DNA from: Bacteroidales bacterium
GTDB taxonomy: Bacteria > Bacteroidota > Bacteroidia > Bacteroidales > DTGW01
Direction: 5' to 3'
Assembly (NCBI GenBank): GCA_049968755.1
Contig: JBMFQE010000010.1
Span: 28,872-92,871, forward strand
DNA length: 64,000 nt
Positions 49,734 to 60,981 of the stretch are shown piece by piece (position 1 is the first letter of the stretch; each line of letters starts with the position of its first letter). Position numbers and translations under genes: made by a program. The notes under the pieces were generated by a model. The model ran no database searches, was not told where the DNA came from, and saw only the letters and a list, made by a program, of their open reading frames with translations.

Positions 49734-50957
49734 TTACTTCTGCATCAGCCATTCGGTTGGATCTAACTTATTTAATTGATGCCATATTTCAAAATGGAAA
49801 CGACTCACAGTTTCGCCTTCTGAACAAAACGAATAACCTAAAATTGAATTTTCCTTGACTTCTGCTCCAGTAACAACGGTAACATCGGTCAAATTTTGGT
49901 AAACTGTATAAAAATTTCCGTGCCGCAAAATTATCGCATAATTTGAACCTTTGATAAAAAAAACCTTTGATACCACACCCGCAAACACAGCATATACAGG
50001 TACACCGCATTCTGTCGAAATATCTATTCCATTATTATTTATTTTTATTGACCGATAAACGGGGTGCGGCTGCTCACCAAACTGCGACACAATCGCACCA
50101 CGCTCCACCGGAAAAGGCAAATGTCCTTTATTTTGTTCAAATTGGCTACTTATTAAGGCAACCTTCCTGCTATAGGCAGATACAACCTTCTCAGCATTTA
50201 TTCGTTTGACCTCCTCCACAACAAGCTTTTTTATTTCAGTCTCTATTGCTTTTGCAGCAGAGCGCAATCTTTCCAAAGACTTTTGCAACTCCTTCGTTTG
50301 ACGTTGAACATCTCGAAGCGAATTTTGAGCTATTTCCATATCCTTATTCAGCTTTTCCAACTCAGTTTGACGGAGACGTAACAACTGAATTTTTGCATTT
50401 CGTGACTCTGTTAAACGTATTGAATTTAGATATAAACTATTTATCTCGCTACGCAATTTTTCAATCAAAGCACGACGATGCATGCTATACTGTTTCAAAT
50501 ATAAATACCTTCGATACATCTGCCCAACAGACTCTGAAGAAAATAACAACATTAAAAGCGTATTTGCTCTTAAATAAAAATAAGAACGATAAATCACCAG
50601 GGCGTACTCAGATTTAATTTGACCAATTATCTGACGATTCGTAATTAAAAGTCGAGTAAGAGAATCAATAGTTTTGTCCAACAAAGAGATTTCATCATTC
50701 ATGTTAGCGAGCAACTCACGACGCAAATCAATCTTTCGATTAATTAAAGCCATTTTATTTTCAACTTCCTTTTTATTTTCAGTCAATTTTTTCAATAAAT
50801 TTTCAGAAGTGGCAATTTCTTTAGAAATACGCTCACGTCTTCGTATTAAATCATCCTTTCGAGAGCCAGCATAACTGCAATCAAAAACACAAACAGAAAG
50901 TAGAAGAACAAAAAAATAACATTTAATAGCGCTGAATTGACACAACCATTGTACCAT
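49734..50957 (-). CDS. Murein hydrolase activator EnvC family (coiled coil + degenerate M23)
   Basis: Signal peptide, long coiled coil, LPFPV, NNGIDI, HFEIW...LDP. Confidence 0.85.
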   Translation of the reverse strand: MVQWLCQFSAIKCYFFVLLLSVCVFDCSYAGSRKDDLIRRRERISKEIATSENLLKKLTENKKEVENKMALINRKIDLRRELLANMNDEISLLDKTIDSLTRLLITNRQIIGQIKSEYALVIYRSYFYLRANTLLMLLFSSESVGQMYRRYLYLKQYSMHRRALIEKLRSEINSLYLNSIRLTESRNAKIQLLRLRQTELEKLNKDMEIAQNSLRDVQRQTKELQKSLERLRSAAKAIETEIKKLVVEEVKRINAEKVVSAYSRKVALISSQFEQNKGHLPFPVERGAIVSQFGEQPHPVYRSIKINNNGIDISTECGVPVYAVFAGVVSKVFFIKGSNYAIILRHGNFYTVYQNLTDVTVVTGAEVKENSILGYSFCSEGETVSRFHFEIWHQLNKLDPTEWLMQK

Positions 50958-51435
50958 ATCTCAACTGCCCCTCATTTAAAAAAATTCGATTTGACCGAAC
51001 ACTATAACGATCAAAAGTTAAAGTAAAACAAAGAAAACTCACACATGCACTCAACTGAGGACTTTCTCCATCAGCATTAAAAAATTCACTATGCGGAAAA
51101 CCGAACATTAAACCATCAAAAATATTACACACCAAACTTAAATTGCGCACCGTGAAAAAATCCTTAAAATTTTGATACATAACAGCATCATATATATACA
51201 CTATCTGCAATGAATCATTAGTTAAATAACCCTCAAAAACCTTATATCCCATTGTACCATATACGAGTACTCTTAACCTTGAAGAGTCACCCGAAATCAA
51301 CATATTTGCACAATCCCCTCCCTGAAAACACACATGATAACGAACTACATTCTCTCGAGGTTGGGTAACCAAAAAACGCGTACACCCTAAAATAGAAATC
51401 AAAACTATAACGAAAAAAATTACCTTTCGTTGCAT
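50923..51435 (-). CDS. Hypothetical lipoprotein (DUF4292-like by position, highly diverged)
   Basis: ILGC lipobox-like; LTNDSLQIV; lies between the TPR and EnvC genes. Confidence 0.5.
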   Translation of the reverse strand: MQRKVIFFVIVLISILGCTRFLVTQPRENVVRYHVCFQGGDCANMLISGDSSRLRVLVYGTMGYKVFEGYLTNDSLQIVYIYDAVMYQNFKDFFTVRNLSLVCNIFDGLMFGFPHSEFFNADGESPQLSACVSFLCFTLTFDRYSVRSNRIFLNEGQLRYGTMVVSIQRY

Positions 51436-53099
51436 TCTATCGTATTTATAAAAAATGCATCATACTCCTTACTATTGGGAAAAAGCTTATTTAACAATTT
51501 TATAGACTTAGCTCGGTATCCTGCACAATATAAAATAGCAGCATAATGCTCCAACAACTCACGGCGATCACCCCCCTCAACATAACGCAAAGCCCTTCGC
51601 ATATAATGCAGAGCCTCATTGTATGATTTTAATCGATACAAAACCCAAGCATATGTATCCAGAAATGCAGCGTTTCGTGGATAGCGCAATACCGCAGCAC
51701 GCGCTAATATCTCAGCCTTATTTAAATTCTTTCCCGATTGTGCCAAATAATATGCGTAATTATTCATAATCGTTTCATCTGCAAAATCTTCCGTAATCGC
51801 CTTTTCATAATAAAAAAAAGCACTATCACGCATTCCCTTATTGTAATATAAATCGGCCAAAATATTCACGGCATTCGCCTTATATCCGAAATTTCCCTGG
51901 ACATTTAAAGATAGTATCAAAAAATTTCTTGACCTGTTGTATTCTTTTCGATTGTAAGTCAAAACTCCTGCGACATAAAACCCGAACGGCGTGGCAAATA
52001 CTGCTGGACGGGCATCCAACAAAGAATCAAGAATAGCAAATTTCCCCATTGCATACAGCGGCAAAATATAACGGCTCCATGCCGAAATATTATCGGGATA
52101 CAAACTAACATAACGCTTACCCAAAATTTCAAGCTTTTCCATCTGGTTTAGTTGCAAATAAAAACTAAATGCATCGTCAAACACAGATGGAGGAAATGTA
52201 TCACGATTCAAGAAACTTATCAATCGATCATCAAGATATTTCAGAAATATTTCAGATTTTGAATGCAACATCATATTAAGCCATTCAATTCTTTTTGGCA
52301 AATCATCTTTAGTTGTAAAAAAACGATCGATATAATCATAAACAAACTTCCGATCACGAGCAGTTTTTGAAAAAAAACGACTGTACTGATAAACAGCTTC
52401 AAAAGAAAAAGAATCATTTCTAAAATATTGCATAAAATATTTGCGAGCCTTACGGAACTTTCCGTTCTCTGCAAACAAAACTGATCGATCAAGTACAAAC
52501 CTAAGATGCAAACCAAACATATTAAAACAAGTATCCAAAAATCTGTTTAAGGTAGAAAACGATTCATGATACATGTTTTTTCGCAACAAAAAATATAAAT
52601 GATAAAGCTCAGGATCCGCATAATCTTCCCTCATCAATACTACCAAATTTGCAACCTTTTCCTTGAAAACAGGATAATTAATCGCTATTCGCAAAAAATT
52701 AATTCTATCGTCATAGGTAGCTGAGGAAATATTGATGATTTTACTTAACAATCCAACAGCAGCAAGAGAATCTCCAGACAGCAGCAACAAATCAGCATAA
52801 TTTTTAATGTACCAATAATTCGTCGTATCGAGCCTGTATGCGCGCGCAGCATAATTTACAGCAACTTCATTAGAACCGGCATCGCGATATATTTGACTTA
52901 AATCATACAAACAAGCAGCACAGGTAGAATCAACCCGCAAAATAGAAGTCAAAATATAGGCAGCAGCGGTTAGATTCCCCGATTCACGATTACGAATAGA
53001 CTCAATATAAGAATACTCAATATCATAATTACGCTGTTCACCAAAAGTTGTTGAAGCAACAGGAATAAAAAATAGGAAATAAAACAATCTTTTCACCAT
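51420..53099 (-). CDS. Tetratricopeptide repeat protein
   Basis: Signal peptide; NNYAYYLA, FLDTYAWVLY, LLEHYA C-terminal TPR patterns. Confidence 0.85.
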   Translation of the reverse strand: MVKRLFYFLFFIPVASTTFGEQRNYDIEYSYIESIRNRESGNLTAAAYILTSILRVDSTCAACLYDLSQIYRDAGSNEVAVNYAARAYRLDTTNYWYIKNYADLLLLSGDSLAAVGLLSKIINISSATYDDRINFLRIAINYPVFKEKVANLVVLMREDYADPELYHLYFLLRKNMYHESFSTLNRFLDTCFNMFGLHLRFVLDRSVLFAENGKFRKARKYFMQYFRNDSFSFEAVYQYSRFFSKTARDRKFVYDYIDRFFTTKDDLPKRIEWLNMMLHSKSEIFLKYLDDRLISFLNRDTFPPSVFDDAFSFYLQLNQMEKLEILGKRYVSLYPDNISAWSRYILPLYAMGKFAILDSLLDARPAVFATPFGFYVAGVLTYNRKEYNRSRNFLILSLNVQGNFGYKANAVNILADLYYNKGMRDSAFFYYEKAITEDFADETIMNNYAYYLAQSGKNLNKAEILARAAVLRYPRNAAFLDTYAWVLYRLKSYNEALHYMRRALRYVEGGDRRELLEHYAAILYCAGYRAKSIKLLNKLFPNSKEYDAFFINTIECNER

Positions 53100-53193
53100 T
53101 ATAAAATCAATTTTTAAAGGTTTGATGGAACACCCATGTTAGCAATTTTATCACTTTTGTATGCGCTTGTAGGAAAATGGATATTTCATAATA
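53091..53193. repeat. Dispersed ~105-bp element, copy 2 (more decayed palindrome)
   Basis: Manual alignment with 26479-26583: 87 of 105 columns identical (16 substitutions, one 2-nt gap). Confidence 0.85.
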
Positions 53194-53637
53194 CTATTTT
53201 CCAGTATGTCCAAAACCTCCAGCACCTCGATCGGTAGGATTTAAAGCATCTACAGGCAACCATTCGACCACAGCATGACGAGCAATAACCATTTGACAAA
53301 TACGCTCACCGTCGCGCAACAAGTACGGTTCGCTTGACAAATTAACCAATATTACTTTTACTTCTCCACGATAATCAGCATCTATAGTTCCGGGAGAATT
53401 TAATATAGTTAGTCCATGCTTGATTGCCAAACCGCTTCGAGGTCGAATTTGTGCCTCATATCCTTCAGGCAATTCAATATATAATCCTGTAGGCACAATA
53501 ACCCGCTCTAACGGCCGGATTTCTATTGGCGAGTCGATATTTGCGCATATATCCAACCCCGCACTCAAATCAGTTTGATAGGTTGGCAACGCATGACGCG
53601 ATTTATTTACAACTTTAACCTTAATTTTATCGACCAT
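53194..53637 (-). CDS. dut: dUTP diphosphatase
   Basis: [33 protein letters not shown]. Confidence 0.97.
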   Translation of the reverse strand: MVDKIKVKVVNKSRHALPTYQTDLSAGLDICANIDSPIEIRPLERVIVPTGLYIELPEGYEAQIRPRSGLAIKHGLTILNSPGTIDADYRGEVKVILVNLSSEPYLLRDGERICQMVIARHAVVEWLPVDALNPTDRGAGGFGHTGK

Positions 53638-55088
53638 AGCTCTTCCTTTAACACATTTAAAAGTTTTTCAGCGCGTATATAGTAAAGCACAAATATCATC
53701 AAAAGAAAATTATTTAATATCAACACAATAGTATTATTAAAATTTATTGTTATAAAATACTGAATACCAAACACAAGCATCGCACTATAAAAATATTTAA
53801 ACATAACCCCCAACTTATAGGGAATAGGATAATAACGTTGACCCAAGATATAGCACAGAATAGTCATCAAAACATAACTCAACAGCCGAACAACTGCAGC
53901 AGCCTGATATCCATAAACAGGAACAAAAAACAAATCAAAAACAATCGTGAACAAACATCCTCCTAACATGATTAGTAGTCCAATGTAAGTCTTATCAACT
54001 AGCTTATACCACATTGAAAAATTTAAATACAAACCTGCAAACACATTAGCTAACAACACAACAGGAACAATAGACAGCCCTGTCCAATAAGCAGTTCCAA
54101 TAAAATACTTAAAAATTGGCAAATTTGCATAGGTAAAAAGAAATACAGACATGCTTACCAAGAGATAAAAAACGGCCACTCGAGCAAACGACTCAACTCC
54201 AGACCTATCATTAGCATGTCGAAAAAAAAATGGTTCAGCAGCATAACGAAAAGCCTGGACAAATAAAACAAGTATTACAGCCAATTTTAAATTTGCAAAA
54301 TATATCCCCAATGCACTTAAAGAATCAACTCCTTTAGGTGAAAAGTACTTGATAAACTGACGATCAATTACATCATTTATAGCACCCACAATTCCGGATA
54401 ACATCAACGGAAAACCATAAAGTAACATAGCCCACAGCAAACTAAAATTAAAATTATTGGCCGAAGGAATATTATTGGCTAATAATGCAAAACTCAAAAC
54501 ACTCGCAATTAAATTTGCAACAAAAACATATTCCACAGATACTTCATAGCGGATCGACAGACGATTAAATATTAAGGGGAAAACAATTAAAAACAACAAA
54601 TTGAATAAAATATTAGCAACAACACTTGAAATTTTAATCATTGAAAAATTTAAAGGCTTTTCATCTATTCTAAGCTTTACAAACAAGATCGCAGAAACTG
54701 CATCCAAAGCAATAATTAATGCAAAATATAAAACATAACGACCATTACCTGGATAACCTAATACAACAGCTAATTTCGAAGCATTTAATAAAACCAGCAA
54801 CAAAAAAATTGAGGAAGTCAAAAGTACAGAATAAAAAGCTGTCGAGAAAGCTGAAATTTCATTTTTTTCATACTTTGTATAACGAAATACAGCAGTTTCC
54901 ATACCATAGGTAACGACAATATTAAGCAATACGGCCCAACTGTATAAATCAGCAACAACACCATATTCGGCAGGCTTAAACACATAAGTATACAAAGGCA
55001 CTAACAAAAAATTCAAAAAACGCGGGACAATACTACTTAAACCATACACTACAGTTTGACTGGCCAGCGATCGAACAGATGCAGACAT
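53607..55088 (-). CDS. Oligosaccharide flippase (Wzx/MOP family)
   Basis: [42 protein letters not shown]; about 14 TMs. Confidence 0.88.
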   Translation of the reverse strand: MSASVRSLASQTVVYGLSSIVPRFLNFLLVPLYTYVFKPAEYGVVADLYSWAVLLNIVVTYGMETAVFRYTKYEKNEISAFSTAFYSVLLTSSIFLLLVLLNASKLAVVLGYPGNGRYVLYFALIIALDAVSAILFVKLRIDEKPLNFSMIKISSVVANILFNLLFLIVFPLIFNRLSIRYEVSVEYVFVANLIASVLSFALLANNIPSANNFNFSLLWAMLLYGFPLMLSGIVGAINDVIDRQFIKYFSPKGVDSLSALGIYFANLKLAVILVLFVQAFRYAAEPFFFRHANDRSGVESFARVAVFYLLVSMSVFLFTYANLPIFKYFIGTAYWTGLSIVPVVLLANVFAGLYLNFSMWYKLVDKTYIGLLIMLGGCLFTIVFDLFFVPVYGYQAAAVVRLLSYVLMTILCYILGQRYYPIPYKLGVMFKYFYSAMLVFGIQYFITINFNNTIVLILNNFLLMIFVLYYIRAEKLLNVLKEELWSIKLRLKL

Positions 55089-55172
55089 AATAGAAAAATA
55101 TTTATCTTCGCAACACAAAGAAAAACAAAATTTACGAGGTCAAATCCAAAAATTCATTAAATAATAAAAGAC

Positions 55173-56183
55173 ATGATTAACGACATTTTAAGCATTAAAA
55201 ATGAAATCACAAATTTTACCTTAACAAACAAAGAAGAATTAGAAAAATTCAGGCTTTATTACCTTGCAAAAAAAGGGATAATTACACAACTATTTGATAA
55301 ATTTAAAACATTATCAGCAGACGAAAAAAAAACTATTGGAAAGGCTCTTAATGAACTTAAACAGCTTGCAGAAACCAAATACAAAGAAGCTCAACATAAT
55401 TTAGAGCAGAAATCACAAAATGACAACTCGGGCCTAGATTTCACACTTCCAGCATATAGCCTGAAAATTGGTCACAGACACCCAATTTCAATAATTCGCA
55501 AAGAGATAGGTGAAATATTTGAACATTTAGGCTTTAATATAGAGCAGGGACCGGAAATAGAAGACGACTGGCATGTATTTAGTGCACTCAATTTTCCACC
55601 CGAACATCCTGCACGCGATATGCAAGACACATTTTTTATCGAAAAAAAGCCGGACATTCTGCTACGTACTCATACCTCATCTGTGCAAATACGAGCTATG
55701 GAAAAAACACAACCCCCACTGAAAATCATAATGCCAGGCCGAGTTTTTAGAAACGAGGCTATATCAGCACGTGCGCACTGTATTTTTCATCAAATTGAAG
55801 GACTTTACATCGACACAAACATATCTTTTGCAGATCTTAAACAAGTTTTACTATATTTTGCAAGAGAATTTTTTGGAAAAAATACACAAATTCGGTTACG
55901 ACCCTCCTTCTTTCCCTTCACAGAACCTTCAGCCGAAATGGACGTATCTTGCAGCATTTGCAATGGAAAAGGATGCAATGTATGTAAATACAGCGGCTGG
56001 CTCGAAATATTAGGCTGCGGAATGGTTCATCCTAATGTACTTCGTAACACCAATATCGATCCCGTCATTTACTCGGGATACGCATTTGGCATGGGCATCG
56101 AACGTATTACCATGCTCAGATATGCCATTAAAGATTTAAGACTATTCTTCGAAAACGATGTCAGGTTCTTAGAACAATTTTAA
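55173..56183 (+). CDS. pheS: Phenylalanine--tRNA ligase alpha subunit
   Basis: HPARDMQDTFF, LRTHTS, FHQIEG, FPFTEPS, AFGMGIER. Confidence 0.97.
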   Translation: MINDILSIKNEITNFTLTNKEELEKFRLYYLAKKGIITQLFDKFKTLSADEKKTIGKALNELKQLAETKYKEAQHNLEQKSQNDNSGLDFTLPAYSLKIGHRHPISIIRKEIGEIFEHLGFNIEQGPEIEDDWHVFSALNFPPEHPARDMQDTFFIEKKPDILLRTHTSSVQIRAMEKTQPPLKIIMPGRVFRNEAISARAHCIFHQIEGLYIDTNISFADLKQVLLYFAREFFGKNTQIRLRPSFFPFTEPSAEMDVSCSICNGKGCNVCKYSGWLEILGCGMVHPNVLRNTNIDPVIYSGYAFGMGIERITMLRYAIKDLRLFFENDVRFLEQF

Positions 56184-56587
56184 ATCAGCGTAACCTTATA
56201 CTCGATAGGCAATGAAGGAGCTAAAGTACTCCAAACACCACAATAGCGTTCACGCGACAATTCAATAGCCTTCACTACTTTTTCCATATCATCTTTAGCC
56301 GCATCTATCTGATAGTCTAAAATAAGCTTTTCATATTTCTTGGGATGTTCATCGGCCAAAGTTGCATCTACTTTTAAAGTAAACTTTGAAAAGTTTACCC
56401 GCATTTTTTTCAAAATAGAAACAACATCCATCCCCGTACAACCTGCAAGCGATACCATCAATAAATTTTTTGGTGATGGTCCCTTTGAAACCTCGGCACT
56501 TTGAGCATCCACAAAAATCTCATGTCCGTCTACATTGGCAGAAAATACCAAATCTCCTTTCCAATTTAATGATATTCCAGTTTCCAT
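56180..56587 (-). CDS. OsmC family protein
   Basis: GPSPKNLL..SLAGCTGMDV, RYCGV. Confidence 0.9.
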   Translation of the reverse strand: METGISLNWKGDLVFSANVDGHEIFVDAQSAEVSKGPSPKNLLMVSLAGCTGMDVVSILKKMRVNFSKFTLKVDATLADEHPKKYEKLILDYQIDAAKDDMEKVVKAIELSRERYCGVWSTLAPSLPIEYKVTLI

Positions 56588-56605
56588 AATATTTATCACA
56601 TATAG

Positions 56606-57622
56606 TTAAAACAAAGTTTGTTGCCGCGGAAAATTTCTATCATATCCAAGTATAGCATAGGCTCTTCCGGTAGCCTCACGCCCACGCGGGGTACGCATGA
56701 TATATCCCTCCTGAATCAGGAAAGGTTCAAAGACATCCTCAATGGTTCCAGGATCCTCACCAATAGCAGTAGCAATAGTATTTAATCCAACAGGTCCACC
56801 ATTAAATTTTTCAACAATAGTGCGTAAAATTCGCATATCTGTTTCATCAAGTCCATTTGGATCGATACGCAATGCTTCAAGGGCATACTGCGTAATTTCA
56901 AGATTTATGCGACCATTTCCCAAAACCTGGGCAAAATCACGGACACGACGTAACAAAGCATTTGCTATTCGTGGCGTACCACGACTTCTCGAGGCAATCT
57001 CCAAAGAAGAAACATCATCAATATCAACGCCCAATATCGAAGCAGTTCTTAAAACTATGCGCTTCAAATAATCAACACTATAATAATCCAAATGCAAATT
57101 AATTCCGAAACGTGCGCGCAACGGACTGGTTAACAAACCAACCCTGGTTGTTGCACCAACAAGCGTGAACGGATTAAGCTTTATCTGAACCGATCGCGCA
57201 CTAACACCCCTATCAATCAAAATATCTATAAAAAAATCCTCCATGGCAGAATATAGATACTCCTCCACAACAGGGGACATGCGATGGATTTCATCAATAA
57301 ATAAAACATCACCAGTGTCAAGCCCAGTTAGCAAACCAGCCAGATCTCCGGGTTTATCAAGCACAGGACCAGAGGTAATTTTTAAATTAACATGCATTTC
57401 AGTAGCAATAATGTTTGCCAGCGTTGTTTTACCGAGACCCGGAGGGCCATGCAAAAGTACATGATCGAGAGGTTCACCACGCAAAAGTGCTGCTTTTACG
57501 AAAACCTGTAAATTTTGTACAACATGATCCTGTCCAGCAAAATCAGCAAATTTCGAGGGCCTGATGCGATTTTCAAAATCGACATCCACAACAGATGCGA
57601 CTTTTCTAATATCAAAACTCAT
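56606..57622 (-). CDS. ruvB: Holliday junction branch migration helicase
   Basis: [34 protein letters not shown]. Confidence 0.97.
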   Translation of the reverse strand: MSFDIRKVASVVDVDFENRIRPSKFADFAGQDHVVQNLQVFVKAALLRGEPLDHVLLHGPPGLGKTTLANIIATEMHVNLKITSGPVLDKPGDLAGLLTGLDTGDVLFIDEIHRMSPVVEEYLYSAMEDFFIDILIDRGVSARSVQIKLNPFTLVGATTRVGLLTSPLRARFGINLHLDYYSVDYLKRIVLRTASILGVDIDDVSSLEIASRSRGTPRIANALLRRVRDFAQVLGNGRINLEITQYALEALRIDPNGLDETDMRILRTIVEKFNGGPVGLNTIATAIGEDPGTIEDVFEPFLIQEGYIMRTPRGREATGRAYAILGYDRNFPRQQTLF

Positions 57623-57624
57623 AA

Positions 57625-58590
57625 TCAAAAATACACAGGTTTACCAGCAGAAATTTCGAGCATGGCACGTATTGAGCGTTCAGCCTTTATTCTAACCGAT
57701 TCATCAATAATGACTTCTGGACTCAAAGTTTCTAAAGAACGATATAGCTTATCGAGAGTAATCAACTTCATAAACCTACAATCATTGCAGCCACAGGTAC
57801 TATCTGTTGGAGGCGCAGGTATAAAGACCTTATTGGGACATGCGGACTGCATTTGATGCAAAATTCCCGACTCTGTAGCAACTATATACTTAGTCGCATT
57901 ATCACTCTGTACATACGATAGCAGAGAAGAGGTTGAACCAACATGATCTGCTACCATCAATATGGGTTTTCTACATTCCGGATGAGCTATGAGTTTAGCA
58001 TCAGGATTGGCCTGCTTGAGTTCTAAAATACGCTCAAGAGAAAAATCCTCATGCACATGGCATGCACCATCCCAAATAATCATTTTCCGACCAAGCTTAG
58101 CAGACAAATAATTCCCAAGATTTCTGTCGGGCGCAAATATAATCTGCCTGTCTTCTGGAATTGCTTTTATTATCTGCTCAGCATTTGACGAAGTACATAC
58201 AATATCAGTCAACGCCTTAATTTCAGCCGAAGTATTAACATACGAAACAACAATAGCATTGGGGAACTGTGAACGGAATTTTTTAAAGTCATCCACCGGA
58301 CACGAATCTGCCAAAGAACAGCCAGCCAGCGGATCGGGAATAATGACTTTCTTTTCAGGATTTAAAATTTTTGCCGTTTCTGCCATGAAATACACCCCTG
58401 CCAATACAATCACATCCGCATCGACCTTTAGTGCCTGCTGAGCCAACGCCAAGCTATCTCCCACAAAATCAGCTATATCCTGAATTTCAGGAATCTGGTA
58501 ATAATGTGCCATTATTACAGCTTTTCTCTCCTTCCGCAAGCGATTTATTTCCGTTATCAACAGGTCTTTATTATTCATTTTATATTTCAT
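57625..58590 (-). CDS. nadA: Quinolinate synthase A
   Basis: AHYYQ, GDSL, AGCSLA, YVNTSA, CHVH, HPEC, CRFMK. Confidence 0.96.
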   Translation of the reverse strand: MKYKMNNKDLLITEINRLRKERKAVIMAHYYQIPEIQDIADFVGDSLALAQQALKVDADVIVLAGVYFMAETAKILNPEKKVIIPDPLAGCSLADSCPVDDFKKFRSQFPNAIVVSYVNTSAEIKALTDIVCTSSNAEQIIKAIPEDRQIIFAPDRNLGNYLSAKLGRKMIIWDGACHVHEDFSLERILELKQANPDAKLIAHPECRKPILMVADHVGSTSSLLSYVQSDNATKYIVATESGILHQMQSACPNKVFIPAPPTDSTCGCNDCRFMKLITLDKLYRSLETLSPEVIIDESVRIKAERSIRAMLEISAGKPVYF

Positions 58591-58968
58591 TATAATTATA
58601 AAAGAAGAAGAATAAGAAAATTGCCTGTTAATTAGTTAGTAAAATTTTTGTAAAATTAGTGCATTTAACAATATCTTTTTACTGTAAACTGGATATTAAC
58701 AAATGCATTTTACTAAATTTATTGAAAAATAGATAAATTCGATTAGATATTAACAACTGTTGAAAACAGCAAACTGCTCAAAATGTTAAGCAATTTTTGG
58801 ACAAAATTGTTTAAAAGCATTAAAAAAAATTGTTTAGAAAGTATAAAAAAAACATTTTGTTCTTTGAGCAAAATAATTATATGATTAATTTTGATTTGCA
58901 ATTCAAAGAAGTTATTACTGATTATAAATTTTTATAAACAAGTTTTAAACATTTCAATAAACATTACG
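58591..58968. other. Putative chromosomal replication origin (oriC)
   Basis: Very AT-rich divergent gap; AAG-AAG-AAG-AAT-AAG trio-like tract, then GCC and TGTTAATTA; repeated (A/T)TATTAACA-like boxes; G/C strand bias flips here; parS pair about 12 kb away. Confidence 0.7.
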
Positions 58969-59415
58969 ATGATTGGGGTAAAAATAGGGATAGCCAGTGA
59001 CCATGCGGGATACAGAATGAAAGAGGTTATTAAGCGTTGGTTACAGGAAAAAGGATACGAAATAGTAGATTTTGGCACCTATAGTGACGAAAGTACGGAC
59101 TATCCCGATTATGCGCATAAACTTGCGAATGCGGTAGAAAACAAAGATGTAGATAAGGGAATTTCGCTTTGCGGCAGTGGCAATGGAATTAATATGACGG
59201 TGAATAAACATCAGGGCATACGTGCAGCGCTTTGCTGGAACGAAGAAATATCAAGGTTGGCACGAGCGCATAACGATGCCAATATTTGTTCCCTTCCAGC
59301 GCGTTTTATATCCGAGGAAGAGGCAAAGAAAATAGTAGATACTTTTTTAAATACAGCTTTTGATGGAGGGCGCCATTTAACCCGCATCAATAAAATCCCC
59401 CTTAATATTTGTTAA
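58969..59415 (+). CDS. rpiB: Ribose-5-phosphate isomerase B
   Basis: IASDHAG, DYPD, CGSGNG, HNDAN, GGRH. Confidence 0.95.
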   Translation: MIGVKIGIASDHAGYRMKEVIKRWLQEKGYEIVDFGTYSDESTDYPDYAHKLANAVENKDVDKGISLCGSGNGINMTVNKHQGIRAALCWNEEISRLARAHNDANICSLPARFISEEEAKKIVDTFLNTAFDGGRHLTRINKIPLNIC

Positions 59416-59416
59416 T

Positions 59417-59851
59417 ATGTTATCGAACACCTGTAAATACGCTATCCGAGCCTGTATATACTTAGCACTTGAGGAAAACAGAAACAGAATTATAGGAATT
59501 AAGGAAATATCTAAAACATTGAATATACCAACACCATTTTTAGGAAAGATTCTTCAAGTGTTGGCTAAAAATAAAATTTTGCGATCGGTAAAGGGACCCA
59601 ATGGGGGATTTTCCTTAGGTCTTTCACCCGCGCATATAAAGCTTATGGACATTGTCAATGTCATTGACGGCGGTGATTTTTTTAACTCCTGCCTGATTGG
59701 TGTAGCAGCTTGTTCGAGCGAGGAAGAACACTGTCCTATACATCCCCAGTATAGTCCTATACGCGAAGAGCTTAAAAAATTGTTTCTCGAAACAAATATT
59801 GAAGCCCTGGCCAACGAAATTCATCATCACGCCCATAAGGTATTTATTTAG
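59417..59851 (+). CDS. Rrf2 family transcriptional regulator
   Basis: YAIRA, FLGKILQ, SVKGPNGGF, C-x6-C-x6-C-x2-H. Confidence 0.92.
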   Translation: MLSNTCKYAIRACIYLALEENRNRIIGIKEISKTLNIPTPFLGKILQVLAKNKILRSVKGPNGGFSLGLSPAHIKLMDIVNVIDGGDFFNSCLIGVAACSSEEEHCPIHPQYSPIREELKKLFLETNIEALANEIHHHAHKVFI

Positions 59852-59853
59852 AC

Positions 59854-60981
59854 GTGGCAGGAATTTACATTCATGTTCCATTCTGTCATCGCAGATGTCA
59901 TTATTGTGATTTTTATACGGATGTGAATCTTTCACGTCTGCCGGAATTTTTTATAGCATTGCTCAAGGAAATAGAATTACGAAGCCACTTTTTCCCGGAA
60001 AAAGTGAAGATTGATACCATCTATTTTGGCGGCGGTACCCCTTCGATACTCCATTCGCAGGCAATTGCAGCTATACTCGATAAGATAGTTACATATTTTG
60101 CTCTCAGCGAGCATTGCGAGGTTACCCTTGAATTAAATCCCGAGGATGTGTCAGAAACTTACTATCGTGAAGTCAAAGCTGTGGGAGTAAATAGATTAAG
60201 TATTGGTATACAGAGTTTTAATGATACAATACTACACTATCTTAATCGGCGTCACGGAGCAATACATGCTGTAAATAGTATAGAATGGGCTCTTAGCGCT
60301 GGTATAGAAAATTTAAGCATCGATTTGATATACGGTATCCCAATAATGAGTAACAAGCTCTGGGAGGATACAATCAGCCAAACAGTTGCTTTTCCGGTAA
60401 AGCATATTTCAGCCTACCACCTGACCATCGAACCTCGCACTACTTTTGGGTATTTGAAAACAAAAGGGAAGTTTGTTGAAATTTCGGAGGAACAGAGCTG
60501 GCAGCAAATGCAAATGCTTCACGACATGCTCGCAAGCCATGGTTTTGAACATTATGAAATTTCCAATTTTGCGCAAACGGGTTTTCGTTCAAAACATAAC
60601 CAATCCTACTGGCAGCATATGCCATATTTGGGTTTAGGTCCTTCGGCCCATTCTTTCGACGGCAGTAATCGTTATGAAAATGTACGTGACATTCGAAAAT
60701 ATTTGGCTGCCATAAATGAAAATAGGGTAGAATTATCAATTGATAAGCTTTCGCAAATTGACCAAATGAATGAGGAAATAATGCTAAGACTGCGATGTGT
60801 AGAAGGCTTAAATAAAGATAAGTTTATAGAATTTTTTGGCAGCGAAAATTACATGCAACTGGAAAATCGGGCTCAAAGGTATTTTCCCCAATTTCTCGAC
60901 ATCAACACCGACGGTATACGCTTAAACCTGAAGGGCTGGTTTATTTCCGACAGTATTATTTCAACGCTATTTTTTGGCTGA
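59854..60981 (+). CDS. hemW: Radical SAM heme chaperone
   Basis: YIHVPFCHRRCHYCDF, FGGGTPS, YEISNF, HNQSYW. Confidence 0.9.
   Translation: MAGIYIHVPFCHRRCHYCDFYTDVNLSRLPEFFIALLKEIELRSHFFPEKVKIDTIYFGGGTPSILHSQAIAAILDKIVTYFALSEHCEVTLELNPEDVSETYYREVKAVGVNRLSIGIQSFNDTILHYLNRRHGAIHAVNSIEWALSAGIENLSIDLIYGIPIMSNKLWEDTISQTVAFPVKHISAYHLTIEPRTTFGYLKTKGKFVEISEEQSWQQMQMLHDMLASHGFEHYEISNFAQTGFRSKHNQSYWQHMPYLGLGPSAHSFDGSNRYENVRDIRKYLAAINENRVELSIDKLSQIDQMNEEIMLRLRCVEGLNKDKFIEFFGSENYMQLENRAQRYFPQFLDINTDGIRLNLKGWFISDSIISTLFFG

Noticed and set aside
49734..50100. Loss of zinc ligands in the M23 domain as a novelty
   Set aside because: This is the expected feature of EnvC-type amidase activators.
55945..55990. 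Four-Cys insert (CSICNGKGCNVC) in PheS
   Set aside because: Common in PheS from many bacteria.
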